A stretch of 63,481 nucleotides of DNA, filler included, from Octopus bimaculoides (Eukaryota), in NCBI RefSeq assembly GCF_001194135.2. It is 5 parts of 4 records of this genome, joined end to end, with 100 filler letters (N's around TTAATTAATTAA, not from the genome) between each part and the next. Parts side by side here need not be neighbours in the genome. Positions count along the whole stretch, not along the records: positions 1 to 20,569 come from NC_068988.1; 4 more parts are not named here. One strand, given 5' to 3'. This document shows positions 1-12,337 of this stretch, piece by piece (within the stretch, counting starts at the first letter, position 1; each line of letters opens with the position of its first letter). A model generated the notes under the pieces. That model saw only the letters and a program-made list of their open reading frames with translations, was not told the DNA's origin and made no database searches. A program made the position numbers and the translations under genes.

Positions 1-30
<30 letters not shown>

Positions 31-34
<4 letters not shown>

Positions 35-100
35 TCACTGCCTTGAATCGAACTCGGAATCTTGGGGTTAGTAGCCCCCGCTCTTAACCACTACGCCATA
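31..100 (-). mobile_element. tRNA-derived SINE head followed by (TAA)n; hammerhead-bearing family
   Basis: Reverse complement reads TGGCGTAGTGG (A box) ... GAGTTCGATTC (B box) ... GGCAGTGACCTGAATAATAA; the same head recurs at 34222-34320. Confidence 0.75.
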
Positions 101-114
101 TGCTCGTGGGCATA

Positions 115-195
<81 letters not shown>

Positions 196-196
<1 letters not shown>

Positions 197-345
197 CACC
201 GAAAAATACCTTAGGAATGATAACCCAGGTTCGAAAGTTCTCCAAGGCACCTGATGAGGGCTGAAGAGCATATCACCCGAAACGTTGTATTAACAACAAG
301 CAAGATAAGGACAAATATCCGTGAATTGTAAATAATGTATAAATA
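196..345 (+). mobile_element. Tail of the same SINE-like element, containing a hammerhead-like core
   Basis: gaaaaataccttaggaatga...cacctgatga...ccgaaacgttg...ggacaaatatcc matches both arms at 34048-34497. Confidence 0.75.
246..290 (+). ncRNA. Minimal hammerhead ribozyme-like motif (degenerate copy)
   Basis: CTGATGA (251-257), stem II GGCTGA/TCACCC with one mismatch, GAAAC-GTT (279-286); stem I only partly paired in this copy. Confidence 0.5.
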
Positions 346-1237
346 TACATATATATTAGTAAAAACTTACGGTGGACACGTCTTCGTGGCGTTCCATTAT
401 AGATAAATAAATATAAGATACTTCAAGTACAGCACATCGCCAACGAGTGAAAATTACGTAGACACACGAGCGATAAGTACAGGACGAATTACCAAATATG
501 ATACGAGAACAGGACATCACCAACGGTTGAACAATACGTAAGCACATGAAAGAGAAGTACGGGACAAAATACCAAAAGAAGTGTAAACCCTCCTCATTTG
601 TCGACTGTTAATTACTCCCTATTTCGAGCTTTCAACGACAATATAGGAAAACGTTATAGAACAGCAGCACCCAGGAATATAAATATATAAGGTTTCTGGT
701 GAGTTAGAGCTTCGAACTAACAAACAACGACAGGATGGACGTACAAAGTTAGCAATTGACGAAGACAAACATTAAGGGACATTAGGCCAAGATGCATTGT
801 AATGAGTAACGCCCGGGAGAAATTTTGAATGGATATAGAATAAATACAAGGTCAGAAAATAATAGAGAGGAAGAAATGAGAGAAAAAAATGTCGGTAGGC
901 GAGGCAAAATGACGTCCAGGTGGATAAGATACACATGGCTAATACAAAGGTTTTCACCATGAACCTGGTTACGAGACTGAAAATATATAACATTCGAGTG
1001 CAGACCATTTTAACTCAGCGTGATATATTATCACGTTTCATTAGATTATGGAATTGAAAGCGGAGATAATAGTTCTGCCTGTTTGCAAAACTTTGAGAGG
1101 TAAATGAATTGTCGAATGCATTGAATATGCCACCGTTCGTGGCCACTTGTAATTGACGGCAATTATTTTTGGTTATTATTGGAAAAATAAGGATATTACA
1201 CAGACAGGGTGTTATGTAAGTATTTTATGTAACTTAC

Positions 1238-2230
1238 CGCAGCATGTAAACGAACACCATTCCAAAGTATCATGATCCAAAACATCAGATTGCTGGATGC
1301 TGCAATTGTTGTATAAGTGTATATATAAACATTAGTTTTAAATGACTCGTTTATAATTCCGTAAGTTGCAATACAAGAGCTGATAATGCTACCAAGAACG
1401 AGGTATCCGATAGTAAACCGTATTGATTCATTTACTAATCCCAGTATTGTACTCAGATTATCGTGTGCATTACATAAATCTGTAATCTCTCTAGGTTTCT
1501 TCGCCAAAATTGAAATGTGTGGTTGCTGTTCCTTTAGGCAGCGTTGAGCCTGAGTCGCCAGCTTGTCAAATTCATACTTAAGAATAAAACCGATTATGAA
1601 ATTTATATACGTATCAAGTAAATAAGACGTCAGTGACATGCAGTTAATTACAACTTGTATTGTTAGAAATGGAATGTTGAAAGTACTGTTGATTGGTACA
1701 GGATATGTTAAGAAAATCAGCATATCAGGGTTAAAAAGCGGCAAAACTTGCTCCATAAATATGTAAAGAGTTACCGGCACCAACATTCCTATAGATAGAG
1801 ATATATATGAGAATTTTATATTGCAGTTATAGAATTTTTTATCTTCTTCTTGAATTTCAATTTCGGCGAATGTTTCAATTAGTTGCTTGTCATCAGAATT
1901 CCTGATTAATTTCACAAAACAAAACAACAAAAAGGAACATTGGTAAAATATTATGCAAATATACCCAAACCTTTCATCAGTTTTATGAACTTTCAGTAGT
2001 ATAAAATTGATAATGTAACGAATGGGGTTTACTATTAAATATACATGATACAATATATATAAAGCTTGGTAAAATATTCTTATAAATTTGAGTGATTTTA
2101 GCGATGAACTATCCATAACAGATATCCTAAAATTATTAAATTTTCGGTAACATTCCAACATTTTTAAGAATTGTGTTCGAGTTCTTTTCATATTTTCTAT
2201 ATTTACGATATCTTCAGAATGCGTTTCCAT
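1238..2230 (-). CDS. Large first coding exon (331 aa, TM1-TM6) of a gustatory-receptor-like (GRL/7tm_7-type) chemoreceptor; the ORF reads through the donor to 1196
   Basis: Six hydrophobic segments; long loop before TM5 with LKYEFDKL...ITDLCNAHDNLSTILGLVNESI, like the GR H..L..(v)N motif; GTAAGT donor at 1237-1232 in phase 0 after LHAA; clear paralogue at 7885-8841. Confidence 0.8.
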
Positions 2231-3028
2231 ATCGGCAAATGGAATCGATGACAGGGAAGTGTGAAGTTTTAGTTTTTAAAGAATTTACTATTCCTTTTAC
2301 AAATGAAGATATATTTGCTTTATACTGAAGAAAACAGTAGCAACATACACTACTAATGAACGGCTCATATGATTTTAGATATTATTTCATCAAAATAACA
2401 ACCTATTACATGAAACAAATACGATCCAGCAGTATTCTTAATCACATACGCTTACATTTGCATTGATGTAAAGGATTTAAGCAGTCACAATTTTTAAATC
2501 TATCAAAGAAATTCGTGTAATATCTTCCTTACAGAAATCATATTACAAATTACGGAATATATGAACACTGCCACGGTACTCCTATGCATAACAAGTGTCA
2601 TCTAAATGTAACAAATCAACTGCTGTGTATATTTGCGAGACGAATTACCTGTCCCTACGCAACAATCCGAACCTAATTATTTTCCCGATATTCTCTAAAA
2701 GTGTTTGTATAATATATGAGTATACACATATCACACACACACACACGCAAGCACGCACGCGCGCGCTCACACCCCCTCATACATATACGTACATGTTTGT
2801 GTCCCTCTATACATATATGTTCATATACATACACACAGGCGCGTAGACACCCACACACACGCACACATATTAATACGGACTCATACATAGACATACATAG
2901 CTGTGTCCGTCTGTACATATATGTCCATAAACATGCACACATGCGCATATATATGTATGCATATGGATATATGTGTGTGTGTATACATATATGTATGTAT
3001 ATATATGTATATATATATATATATATAT

Positions 3029-3168
3029 AGTAGCTTGCTTACGAACCACACGGTCCCGTGTTCAGTCCTACTGCGTGGCACCCTGGGCAAGTGTCTTCTA
3101 CTATAGCCGCAGGCCGAACAAAGCTTTGTGAGTGGATTTGGTAGATGGAAACTGAAAGAAGCCCGTTG

Positions 3169-3170
<2 letters not shown>
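3029..3170 (+). mobile_element. SINE family B, 5' part
   Basis: tagcttgcttacgaaccacacggtcccgtgttcagtcc...gaaagaagcccg; similar copies at 6236, 36008, 38561, 53479, 57683, 59480. Confidence 0.8.
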
Positions 3171-3207
<37 letters not shown>

Positions 3208-3625
3208 NNNNNNNNNNNNNNNNNNNNNNNNNNNNNNNNNNNNNNNNNNNNNNNNNNNNNNNNNNNNNNNNNNNNNNNNNNNNNNNNNNNNNNNNNNNNN
3301 NNNNNNNNNNNNNNNNNNNNNNNNNNNNNNNNNNNNNNNNNNNNNNNNNNNNNNNNNNNNNNNNNNNNNNNNNNNNNNNNNNNNNNNNNNNNNNNNNNNN
3401 NNNNNNNNNNNNNNNNNNNNNNNNNNNNNNNNNNNNNNNNNNNNNNNNNNNNNNNNNNNNNNNNNNNNNNNNNNNNNNNNNNNNNNNNNNNNNNNNNNNN
3501 NNNNNNNNNNNNNNNNNNNNNNNNNNNNNNNNNNNNNNNNNNNNNNNNNNNNNNNNNNNNNNNNNNNNNNNNNNNNNNNNNNNNNNNNNNNNNNNNNNNN
3601 NNNNNNNNNNNNNNNNNNNNNNNNN

Positions 3626-3663
<38 letters not shown>

Positions 3664-3907
3664 CCACACTCACACATACTTGCTCATGTGTTTGTATGTT
3701 AGCGGGGCGATAATAATATTTCCTTAATTTATCCATTGTCACTCCTCACTCTGTTCAGAAAACAATTACACTATGCTACATAGATTTCAATTAGTTTCCC
3801 CTAATGGAAATAACTACTCGATATCTATTTGATGGTGTTGCATTAGCAATCAGAATTGTTTAATCTCTGTCGAAGGCATATTTATCTTATTAAATATATT
3901 AATGTTG

Positions 3908-4430
3908 TTAAGGTGGCAAGTTTGTAGAATCGTTAGCACTCTAGAAAAAAACAAAATGCTAGGTGGCGTCGTTTTTTCGTCTCTTTACGTTCTGAGTTCA
4001 AATTCCACTGATATTGATATTGTATTTCATTCATTCGGGGTCGATGAAATAAGGACCACCTGCGCCCTGCCGATTCGTTGTAATCGGCTTACACTTTCCC
4101 TGAAATTTCTGGTTTTGTGTCAAAATCTGAATGCATTCAGAAACGATAGAACCACTTCCTGGTATTGCATCAGTATCTGGTACTGATATTATTATTATTA
4201 TTATTATTATGGTTATTATTATTGTTGTTGTTGTTATTAAGGCGACCAGCTTGCAGAATCGCTAGCAAACCGAGAAAAATGCTTAGTGGTATTTCGGCCG
4301 TCATTACGGTCTGAGTTCAAATCCCGCCAAGCTTTACCTTATATTTCCTCCTTCCGGGGTCGATATAATAAGTACCAGCAGTGTACTGGGGTCGTCGTAA
4401 TATCAAGCCTTGTGCTCGTAATAGAAAGAG
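3908..4430 (+). mobile_element. Two decayed SINE family A copies separated by (TTA)n
   Basis: aagg(t/c)ggc...gaatcgttagca...ctgagttcaaat...ggggtcgat core, compared with 45101-45470. Confidence 0.75.
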
Positions 4431-6235
4431 AGGATTATTATCATTATTATTTCAAATCAGTATATTTATCAATTTACAATCAAATAAATCTACATAACTC
4501 TCGTAGACATTTTTGAAATTAGAAAATGATGATAGTGGGTATATATATNNNNNNNNNNNNNNNNNNNNNNNNNNNNNNNNNNNNNNNNNNNNNNNNNNNN
4601 NNNNNNNNNNNNNNNNNNNNNNNNNNNNNNNNNNNNNNNNNNNNNNNNNNNNNNNNNNNNNNNNNNNNNNNNNNNNNNNNNNNNNNNNNNNNNNNNNNNN
4701 NNNNNNNNNNNNNNNNNNNNNNNNNNNNNNNNNNNNNNNNNNNNNNNNNNNNNNNNNNNNNNNNNNNNNNNNNNNNNNNNNNNNNNNNNNNNNNNNNNNN
4801 NNNNNNNNNNNNNNNNNNNNNNNNNNNNNNNNNNNNNNNNNNNNNNNNNNNNNNNNNNNNNNNNNNNNNNNNNNNNNNNNNNNNNNNNNNNNNNNNNNNN
4901 NNNNNNNNNNNNNNNNNNNNNNNNNNNNNNNNNNNNNNNNNNNNNNNNNNNNNNNNNNNNNNNNNNNNNNNNNNNNNNNNNNNNNNNNNNNNNNNNNNNN
5001 NNNNNNNNNNNNNNNNNNNNNNNNNNNNNNNNNNNNNNNNNNNNNNNNNNNNNNNNNNNNNNNNNNNNNNNNNNNNNNNNNNNNNNNNNNNNNNNNNNNN
5101 NNNNNNNNNNNNNNNNNNNNNNNNNNNNNNNNNNNNNNNNNNNNNNNNNNNNNNNNNNNNNNNNNNNNNNNNNNNNNNNNNNNNNNNNNNNNNNNNNNNN
5201 NNNNNNNNNNNNNNNNNNNNNNNNNNNNNNNNNNNNNNNNNNNNNNNNNNNNNNNNNNNNNNNNNNNNNNNNNNNNNNNTATATATATATATATATATTT
5301 AAGATTACTATTCTTCCGGTCACAAAATCCCACCAGCAAAACTGGCACGAGCAAGGATTAGAAATGCTAATCCAAGCAGCCCTTGCCGATTTGGCAGAAA
5401 TTCCCGACTCTATTCTAATTGGAGAAGGCAACATTTTAAGGGACAATGTGAAGGTCGAATGATCTTACTCATATCGCCTTCTCCACATAAATTCACAATG
5501 ATAAGAGTCAACCATGGAACGGTGGAATTCTTTCTGTTATGAAAACAATTATAGAACGCGTTGTAGATACACTCCTTGTGCGCATGCACAACATCTTGGT
5601 TATTATGCAAACACATATGGAATACCTGTTGCTTCTTCATAGGTTTACACATCGAATCCATCATGTGTTTTGCTTCTTTTCGGAGTTAAAGGCATAGGAA
5701 TTTGAGCCATAGATTATCCATCTTTTAATTATATGTCAGGGAGAATTTATTGTACTACTTGACAAGAGCAAAATAATTATCAGCTTCCATCATTCGGAAA
5801 CCTGAGATGAATAACTTTTCTCTTCATCCTCTCCTGCATTGTTTCACGTGGCAATGAAATATTTTAAAATAGTCTACAGAGTTACATATTATTCCTTCAA
5901 CTAAGATAGATTGAAACATTGTCTCAATATCTGCAGAAGACGAAATTATGTCTCAACATTAAATAAGCTGTCTGTTCATTTAGTGTAGAGGAAATGATTG
6001 TTTTCACACTGCTGCTATATATTCTAAAGTTCTTCCAAATTATTCATTTGAGTATTGTGATATTCTTTCTATTAATTCTTTACTGATCTTCATTTTTTTC
6101 TTCTAACTCATTTTGCTTTAATATTATATTTCATTTGTTTTGTCATTTTACTGTTTTGTATATTAACGTGTGGTAGACATTTCGGATGTGAAAATAAAAT
6201 ATGCGTAAAATAAATGCTTAAGGATTACTCTTTCT

Positions 6236-6589
6236 TTTACTCTTTTACTTTGTTTCAGTCATTTGACTGTGGCCATGCTGGAGCACCACCTTTAGTCGAG
6301 CAAATCGACCCCAGGACTTATTCTTTGTAAGCCTAGTACTTATTCTATCGGTCTCTTTTGCCGAACCGCTAAGTTACGGGGACGTAAACACACCAGCATC
6401 GGTTGTCAAGCGATGTTGGGGACAAACAAAGACACACAAACACACATATATACATACATATATACGACGGGCTTCTTTCAGTTTCCGTCTAACAAATCCA
6501 CTCACAAGGCTTTGGTCGGCCCGAGGCTATAGTAGAAGACACTTGCCCAAGGTGCCACGCAGTGGGACTGAACCCGGAACCATGTGGTT
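6236..6589 (-). mobile_element. SINE family B, near full length, 5'-truncated
   Basis: Reverse complement of the 38561-38810 and 3029-3170 type sequence. Confidence 0.8.
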
Positions 6590-6843
6590 CCCTCTTTCTA
6601 CAGTTTATCTAATGCCGTCATAAGCAGCTTCCTCTTGGGAAATTACAGTTTGTTTTACAAGTGTTCCAAAGATATTTTTTTCTGGTAATACATAAATTAA
6701 AACGTGTTTTGAAGGGAAAACGAGTGCAATAAAGATGATGTTGACGATGATAAGGATAATGAAAGTAACAAGAATAATGAGCTAAAAGTAGGAAATATAT
6801 TGTTGCGTCTTGGGAAAGTCTAATATTATTATAATATAATAAT

Positions 6844-7226
6844 AACAAGAGCACTCAGAGAGCGCAAATCTCCGCTAAAGCAACACCAACGTCTTCTCAA
6901 CGATTAGCCGGAGATGATTTTTAAAATGAGAATATCTGAAATAAACTCGACTGCTCTCACAAACGAGAGTACCAATAATGAACCCTACCGCTCTCAAAAA
7001 TTAAAAAAAAAAACAACAACAGGAAAAATAATCCAGAATCCTTGTCCGTTACAAGATCGATCCCAAAATCTAATCAGTTCGTGCCAGTCACGAGGCCAAA
7101 TATCTATGAAAATTTCATCCGAATCCATTCAACGGTTCTTGAAAAATGTTGTCCAAGGACAAACAAACAAAAGCAAACAAACGTGACTGAAATTAATACC
7201 TCCGCCTTCGCTAAGGCGGAGGCAAT
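6844..7226. mobile_element. Non-autonomous Helentron/HINE-like element
   Basis: Starts aacaagagcactcagagagcgcaaa-ctccgc; ends in a perfect 10-bp stem-loop CCTCCGCCTT-CGCT-AAGGCGGAGG (7199-7222); short (CAAA)n before the hairpin. Confidence 0.55.
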
Positions 7227-7884
7227 ATTAATAGAATATTGTTATATTTATACTAATGAAGCGACAAGGAAAAACTAAATACATCAATAATGAAAACAAT
7301 CAGAAATAAAAATAAATACTTGACAATTATAAGATTGGTGCCAATAATAATAATGGTAATTGTTATCACACAAAATTGAATTTTTGACAGAATTAGTAAT
7401 ATTTTCTGTTATTTCTATTAGATTTGATGTCTTCATTTTTATCTTTTTTTAATGCTACAATTGATATACTCGATTTATAATAAAAATTCCACTGTACATC
7501 ACAACCCGTTCTCCATTTCTGTACGCTGTAAGTTGTCATCACCACACAAGTTAAGCAAACGTGGCCGGTTCAGAAATTGTGAAATAGAGAGTAAGAAAAA
7601 GAGGGAGGGTGAAAATGGAAGTCAACGAGAAGGACAAGTGTTGAACTCAGGCATTAGTGGTACTCTATTGAATTTGTGTGGATGAGAGGCAAGGCTAATC
7701 TCCACATGACATGAACAAAGAGCGAAGAGAACCGGAACAAACGACAAAAGATCATTCTGTGTAGCTGACACGTTAAAAAGTCGATCGTTTAAACACCTAT
7801 AATGGTGTTATTTCTAACATAGCAATACAAATATAAGGCAAATTGGACAGCTTAGAGTTATGTAATAAAATTTATACTACATAC

Positions 7885-8841
7885 CGATCTGTTTAATTGA
7901 ATTCCGCACCAAAGCATTGCAGTCCACGATGACAGACATCCTGTAACCACCACAGCTACATAAATGTTTATAAACATGTTAGTTTTGAAAGAATCATTTA
8001 TTATTCCATACGTAGCAATACAGCAGCTGATGACACTACCGAACACGAGAAATCCTGAAATAAACTGCAGGGAATCATTTACTAATCTCACTATTAAACA
8101 CAGAGCATCATGGGTGTTACATATGTCTGTAATCTCTCCATGATTCGTAATAATATCCGACTTAGCTGATTGCTTTTCAGTTACATAAATCTGTGCTTCA
8201 TTCGCCACTTTGTTAAAATGACATATAAGAGTAACTGCGATTAGAAGATATATATACACATCAGTTAATATGGATAAAGCTGATACAGAATTAAATACAA
8301 TCTGCATTACTAAAAATGGGATGATGTAAGTGTAAGTATTTGGAACAGGATATTCGTAAAAGATCAACAAATCATAACTCAACAGCGGTATAATGAAATC
8401 CAGAGTTATACTTCCAATAATAATTAGACATATTAATATATATACTGACTTATATATTATAGGGTTGTTGTACCAGATTCCATCTTCATCCTCAGTTTTA
8501 AGTTTAGCAAACTTTTCAATTAGCTCCTTGTCTCTAGATTTTCTGAACAGTTTTATAAATGGAGAGAGAGAAAGGAATATACGAAAAAATATTATGTAAA
8601 TATATAAAAACATTTTATCGTTTTCGATCGTTTTCAGTTGTATTAAGGAAACAATGTGACGAATAGGGTTTAGAATCAGATATATGTAAAACAGTGCACA
8701 GAAAACTTGTAGAAATATTGCTTTAAGTTTGTTTGATTTCATCAACGATATATCGATTATTGATTTGCTAAAACTATTAATTTTTCGATAAATTTCGAGA
8801 GTTTTCAAGAACTGAGTTTCATTTGTGTTCACGGTTTCCAT
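7885..8841 (-). CDS. Large first coding exon (319 aa, TM1-TM6) of a second GRL/7tm_7-type chemoreceptor paralogue; the ORF reads through the donor to 7858
   Basis: Colinear with 1238-2230, sharing TQFLK.LE.YRK, NPIR, DK.LIE.FA, YPVP, IPFL, EITD.CN.HD.L, CIATYGIIN.SFKTN and LW.G; GTATGT donor at 7884-7879 in phase 0 at the homologous codon. Confidence 0.8.
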
Positions 8842-10880
8842 AATTTCGTCTTTTTCACAACTGGTTGATTCTCTTCAAAAATATACACAGACCATGCAAG
8901 ATTTCTTTCTCTCCGAGAGTGCAAGTGCTTGGTTATTTAAACTTGTGTGATACGCAATTACTTGTCGGACGAAGTCGTAACAGACACGTCGCACATATAT
9001 TAGTGACATAAGAATGGACCAATAGCAGCTTATACAAAATGCGGCAAGTAATTTTTCTTCATTATCTTTGTGGGTATATACATGTATTCATGTATGTATA
9101 TCTACCATTGTATTTCTCGACGCATCAAATCAGGTTTAATCAGGTTCTTAATGGATAATGTATTTACAATAACAGCGATGCGTTAACATCTATCAAATGA
9201 TCTTACTTTAGTCATTCATTGGAAATTTGTGTGTGTTTGTCATTTTATCCCAATTATTGGTTATACAGCAGTACGATGGTTAACTTCCTCTATCCACATA
9301 CTTAACTTCCTACATACATACATAATACATACATACATGCACAAACCATACACACACTCACAAAGACAAGCACAGAGGCACACACACTCACGCACACACG
9401 CACACACATTTACTACATATGTGGAAAATCGGTGTTGTTTGTTTGTAGCGTTGTTAGCTAACTCCTCCTATATCGTTTAATTGATTTTGATGAAACTTGA
9501 CACGTGAGTAGAACACATGTCTGAAAACCTCGTGACATACTTAGATTGTTGAAAACAATCCATAATAGGGCCCCTGGAAGGGACCTTTATATCTACTTCA
9601 TATAACTAATTTTTTTAAATACCCAAGGGAAATAACCCATAGCATCTGCACAATAATCTTTTTAAAGAATCAAGGGAAATAATCCAATTCATTGTTTATG
9701 TTCGATTACTTTGAATATTGATTTTTTGTGTATCCAGTTTCTAATTTTTGCAGACAATATCACTTTATTTGGGCTCCTCCAATGGATCCATCTATCTACT
9801 ACATATTACTAATATTTTATTTAAACAACCCAAGGGAAATAACCCATACGACCTGCAGTTTTTAGTGAAACGATCAATATTTGATTCTCACGATCAGCCG
9901 ACCTGATTCTGCATTTCACTACTCACAGTTTTGAACTGCTAAACATTATTATTATCGCACTTCCTTCATTTGAACCTTAAACCTTAAAGACTTCATTCAT
10001 ACATTTCTATACATACATACTTTTTTGAATGCCCATTCTGAATTTGTACAGTTACACTTTTTTCCATGACAGTAGATAAATTTTGTATTCCACAACGTAT
10101 TTGTAGTGGCTTCATGCAGGCATAGCGTGGATTCGATCCTCAATAGCCAAATTTCACTTAACACTTCAACAGCGCTTTCCTCACGGTAAAACAATAGTTT
10201 TTCTGTGAATGACAGCAGTTATACATTTCCCAGATGCCTTCGCTAAGCAGAATAATATCTTTGCTGCTTGACCCTTCTAACCTCTTCTAGGCCACCACTA
10301 GCTGGAATGGAGATAACAGACCTCCAACGAAATCATTCGTTCTCAACAATATGACTATCTTTCTGGCTGCTTTTCCATACTTATAAAAACAAGAACTCCG
10401 TAAGCTAAAGGCAGTTACTGAGAGCGACCATCAGTGAGTGTGAACGTTATTATTTCACTTTCTTCAAACACTTCTTTCACATATTTATATAACCTCTCTC
10501 ACCAGCCTCCGACAATCTCTCCCTCCTCCAGCTGACAGTTTTTTGTACTTTTTCGTGACGGAAAATACACGTTTTTGTGGCAGTTATAACAATAATGCTT
10601 TCTTATATCAGAGTAATAAGGCGTTTCAATAGAACATTTTTACCCCCGGGTATTATCGGGTACATCAGCTAATATATTTGTATATATACATACTTATATA
10701 TATATATATATATNNNNNNNNNNNNNNNNNNNNNNNNNNNNNNNNNNNNNNNNNNNNNNNNNNNNNNNNNNNNNNNNNNNNNNNNNNNNNNNNNNNNNNN
10801 NNNNNNNNNNNNNNNNNNNNNNNNNNNNNTATATATACACACACACACACACACACACAGAGGGGGGTACACATACATAC

Positions 10881-10911
<31 letters not shown>

Positions 10912-10984
10912 ATATCGTCGGTTGCGACGACAAGTGTTTCAGTTGATCAGATCAACGGAACAGCCTGCTCGCGAAATCAATATG

Positions 10985-11405
10985 CAAAGTGGTGGCAGGT
11001 AGATATGCTGTGCAATACATGTGGAAGATCCTGGAAGGAATTGTCCCAAGCTTTGGCATCGAGAGTTACGCTAACACTAGAACAGGGCTTTATTGCTCAG
11101 TGCCAAAACTTCCAACTTTGCCATCAAAATACAGGACAAGATATTGCAATAGCCTGGGCTTTAAAGGCCCACGGTTCTTCAATATTGTTTCGAAGGACCT
11201 GATTGACCTACATGGGGTGGATGTAGATGCCTTCAAAACAAAACTAGATCACTTACAGTCAAGAGTCCCAGATGAACCAACTTCACAGCAGGAAGTGCCA
11301 ACGAGGGCAGCAAAGTCACACTCCCTCATGTACCAAATATCAAGTTCTAAAAGGAACTAGGGAAGTAAAACTTATATAGCAACACCAAATGGTGGTGTCC
11401 CAGGA
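10985..11405 (+). mobile_element. CR1/L2-group LINE ORF2 C-terminus and 3' end
   Basis: RY...YMWKILEGIVP...KGPRFFN...FKTKLDH...VPDEP...RAAKSHSL, a typical post-RT tail of invertebrate CR1-like LINEs. Confidence 0.75.
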
Positions 11406-11677
11406 GGTCACAGCTCGTTAGATGTAACTTGTTCAATTAAATTCAATTCATTTACGTTTACGTAAATATCATTGAATATTTTTTTGATGTCGGACTGAAA
11501 GAAAATTACATAATCAATAGAGAATTGTTTTTCGAAACTGAGCTTACTATCATTTCCTGCACTTAGTGGTAGCACTTCCGATATATCAACGAAATTAAAT
11601 AACCTACAACATATCAATAACTACGTAACTATAGCCTATCTACTTACCTGCAAATGTATAATTCCACGTAAATATGA

Positions 11678-11711
<34 letters not shown>

Positions 11712-12215
11712 NNNNNNNNNNNNNNNNNNNNNNNNNNNNNNNNNNNNNNNNNNNNNNNNNNNNNNNNNNNNNNNNNNNNNNNNNNNNNNNNNNNNNNNNN
11801 NNNNNNNNNNNNNNNNNNNNNNNNNNNNNNNNNNNNNNNNNNNNNNNNNNNNNNNNNNNNNNNNNNNNNNNNNNNNNNNNNNNNNNNNNNNNNNNNNNNN
11901 NNNNNNNNNNNNNNNNNNNNNNNNNNNNNNNNNNNNNNNNNNNNNNNNNNNNNNNNNNNNNNNNNNNNNNNNNNNNNNNNNNNNNNNNNNNNNNNNNNNN
12001 NNNNNNNNNNNNNNNNNNNNNNNNNNNNNNNNNNNNNNNNNNNNNNNNNNNNNNNNNNNNNNNNNNNNNNNNNNNNNNNNNNNNNNNNNNNNNNNNNNNN
12101 NNNNNNNNNNNNNNNNNNNNNNNNNNNNNNNNNNNNNNNNNNNNNNNNNNNNNNNNNNNNNNNNNNNNNNNNNNNNNNNNNNNNNNNNNNNNNNNNNNNN
12201 NNNNNNNNNNNNNNN

Positions 12216-12272
<57 letters not shown>

Positions 12273-12291
12273 GTATGCATATATATAATAT

Positions 12292-12337
<46 letters not shown>

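Noticed and set aside
590-690. Possible mariner remnant (NPPHLSTVNYSLFRAF)
   Set aside because: Too short and divergent from HPPYSPDLAPSDYHLF
772-1008. Candidate downstream exon for the first GRL (acceptor ttttcag near 978)
   Set aside because: The phase-0 translation has no GR-type TM7 or QF motif
5410-5930. Minus-strand frame (LRKEAKHM...MKKQQ...DVVHAH) with spacing faintly like the GRL TM4-TM5 loop
   Set aside because: Very low identity, four stops in the upstream 88 codons (about random expectation) and no TM segments; cannot be supported as a third paralogue
8027-8045. CTGATGA...GAAC resembling a hammerhead core
   Set aside because: Antisense to the GRL exon, with no stem II or GAAA; other isolated CTGATGA hits (22915, 32655, 62677) also lack stems
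10030-10330. Possible pogo/Tigger transposase remnant (GSNPR)
   Set aside because: Similarity too weak to call by eye
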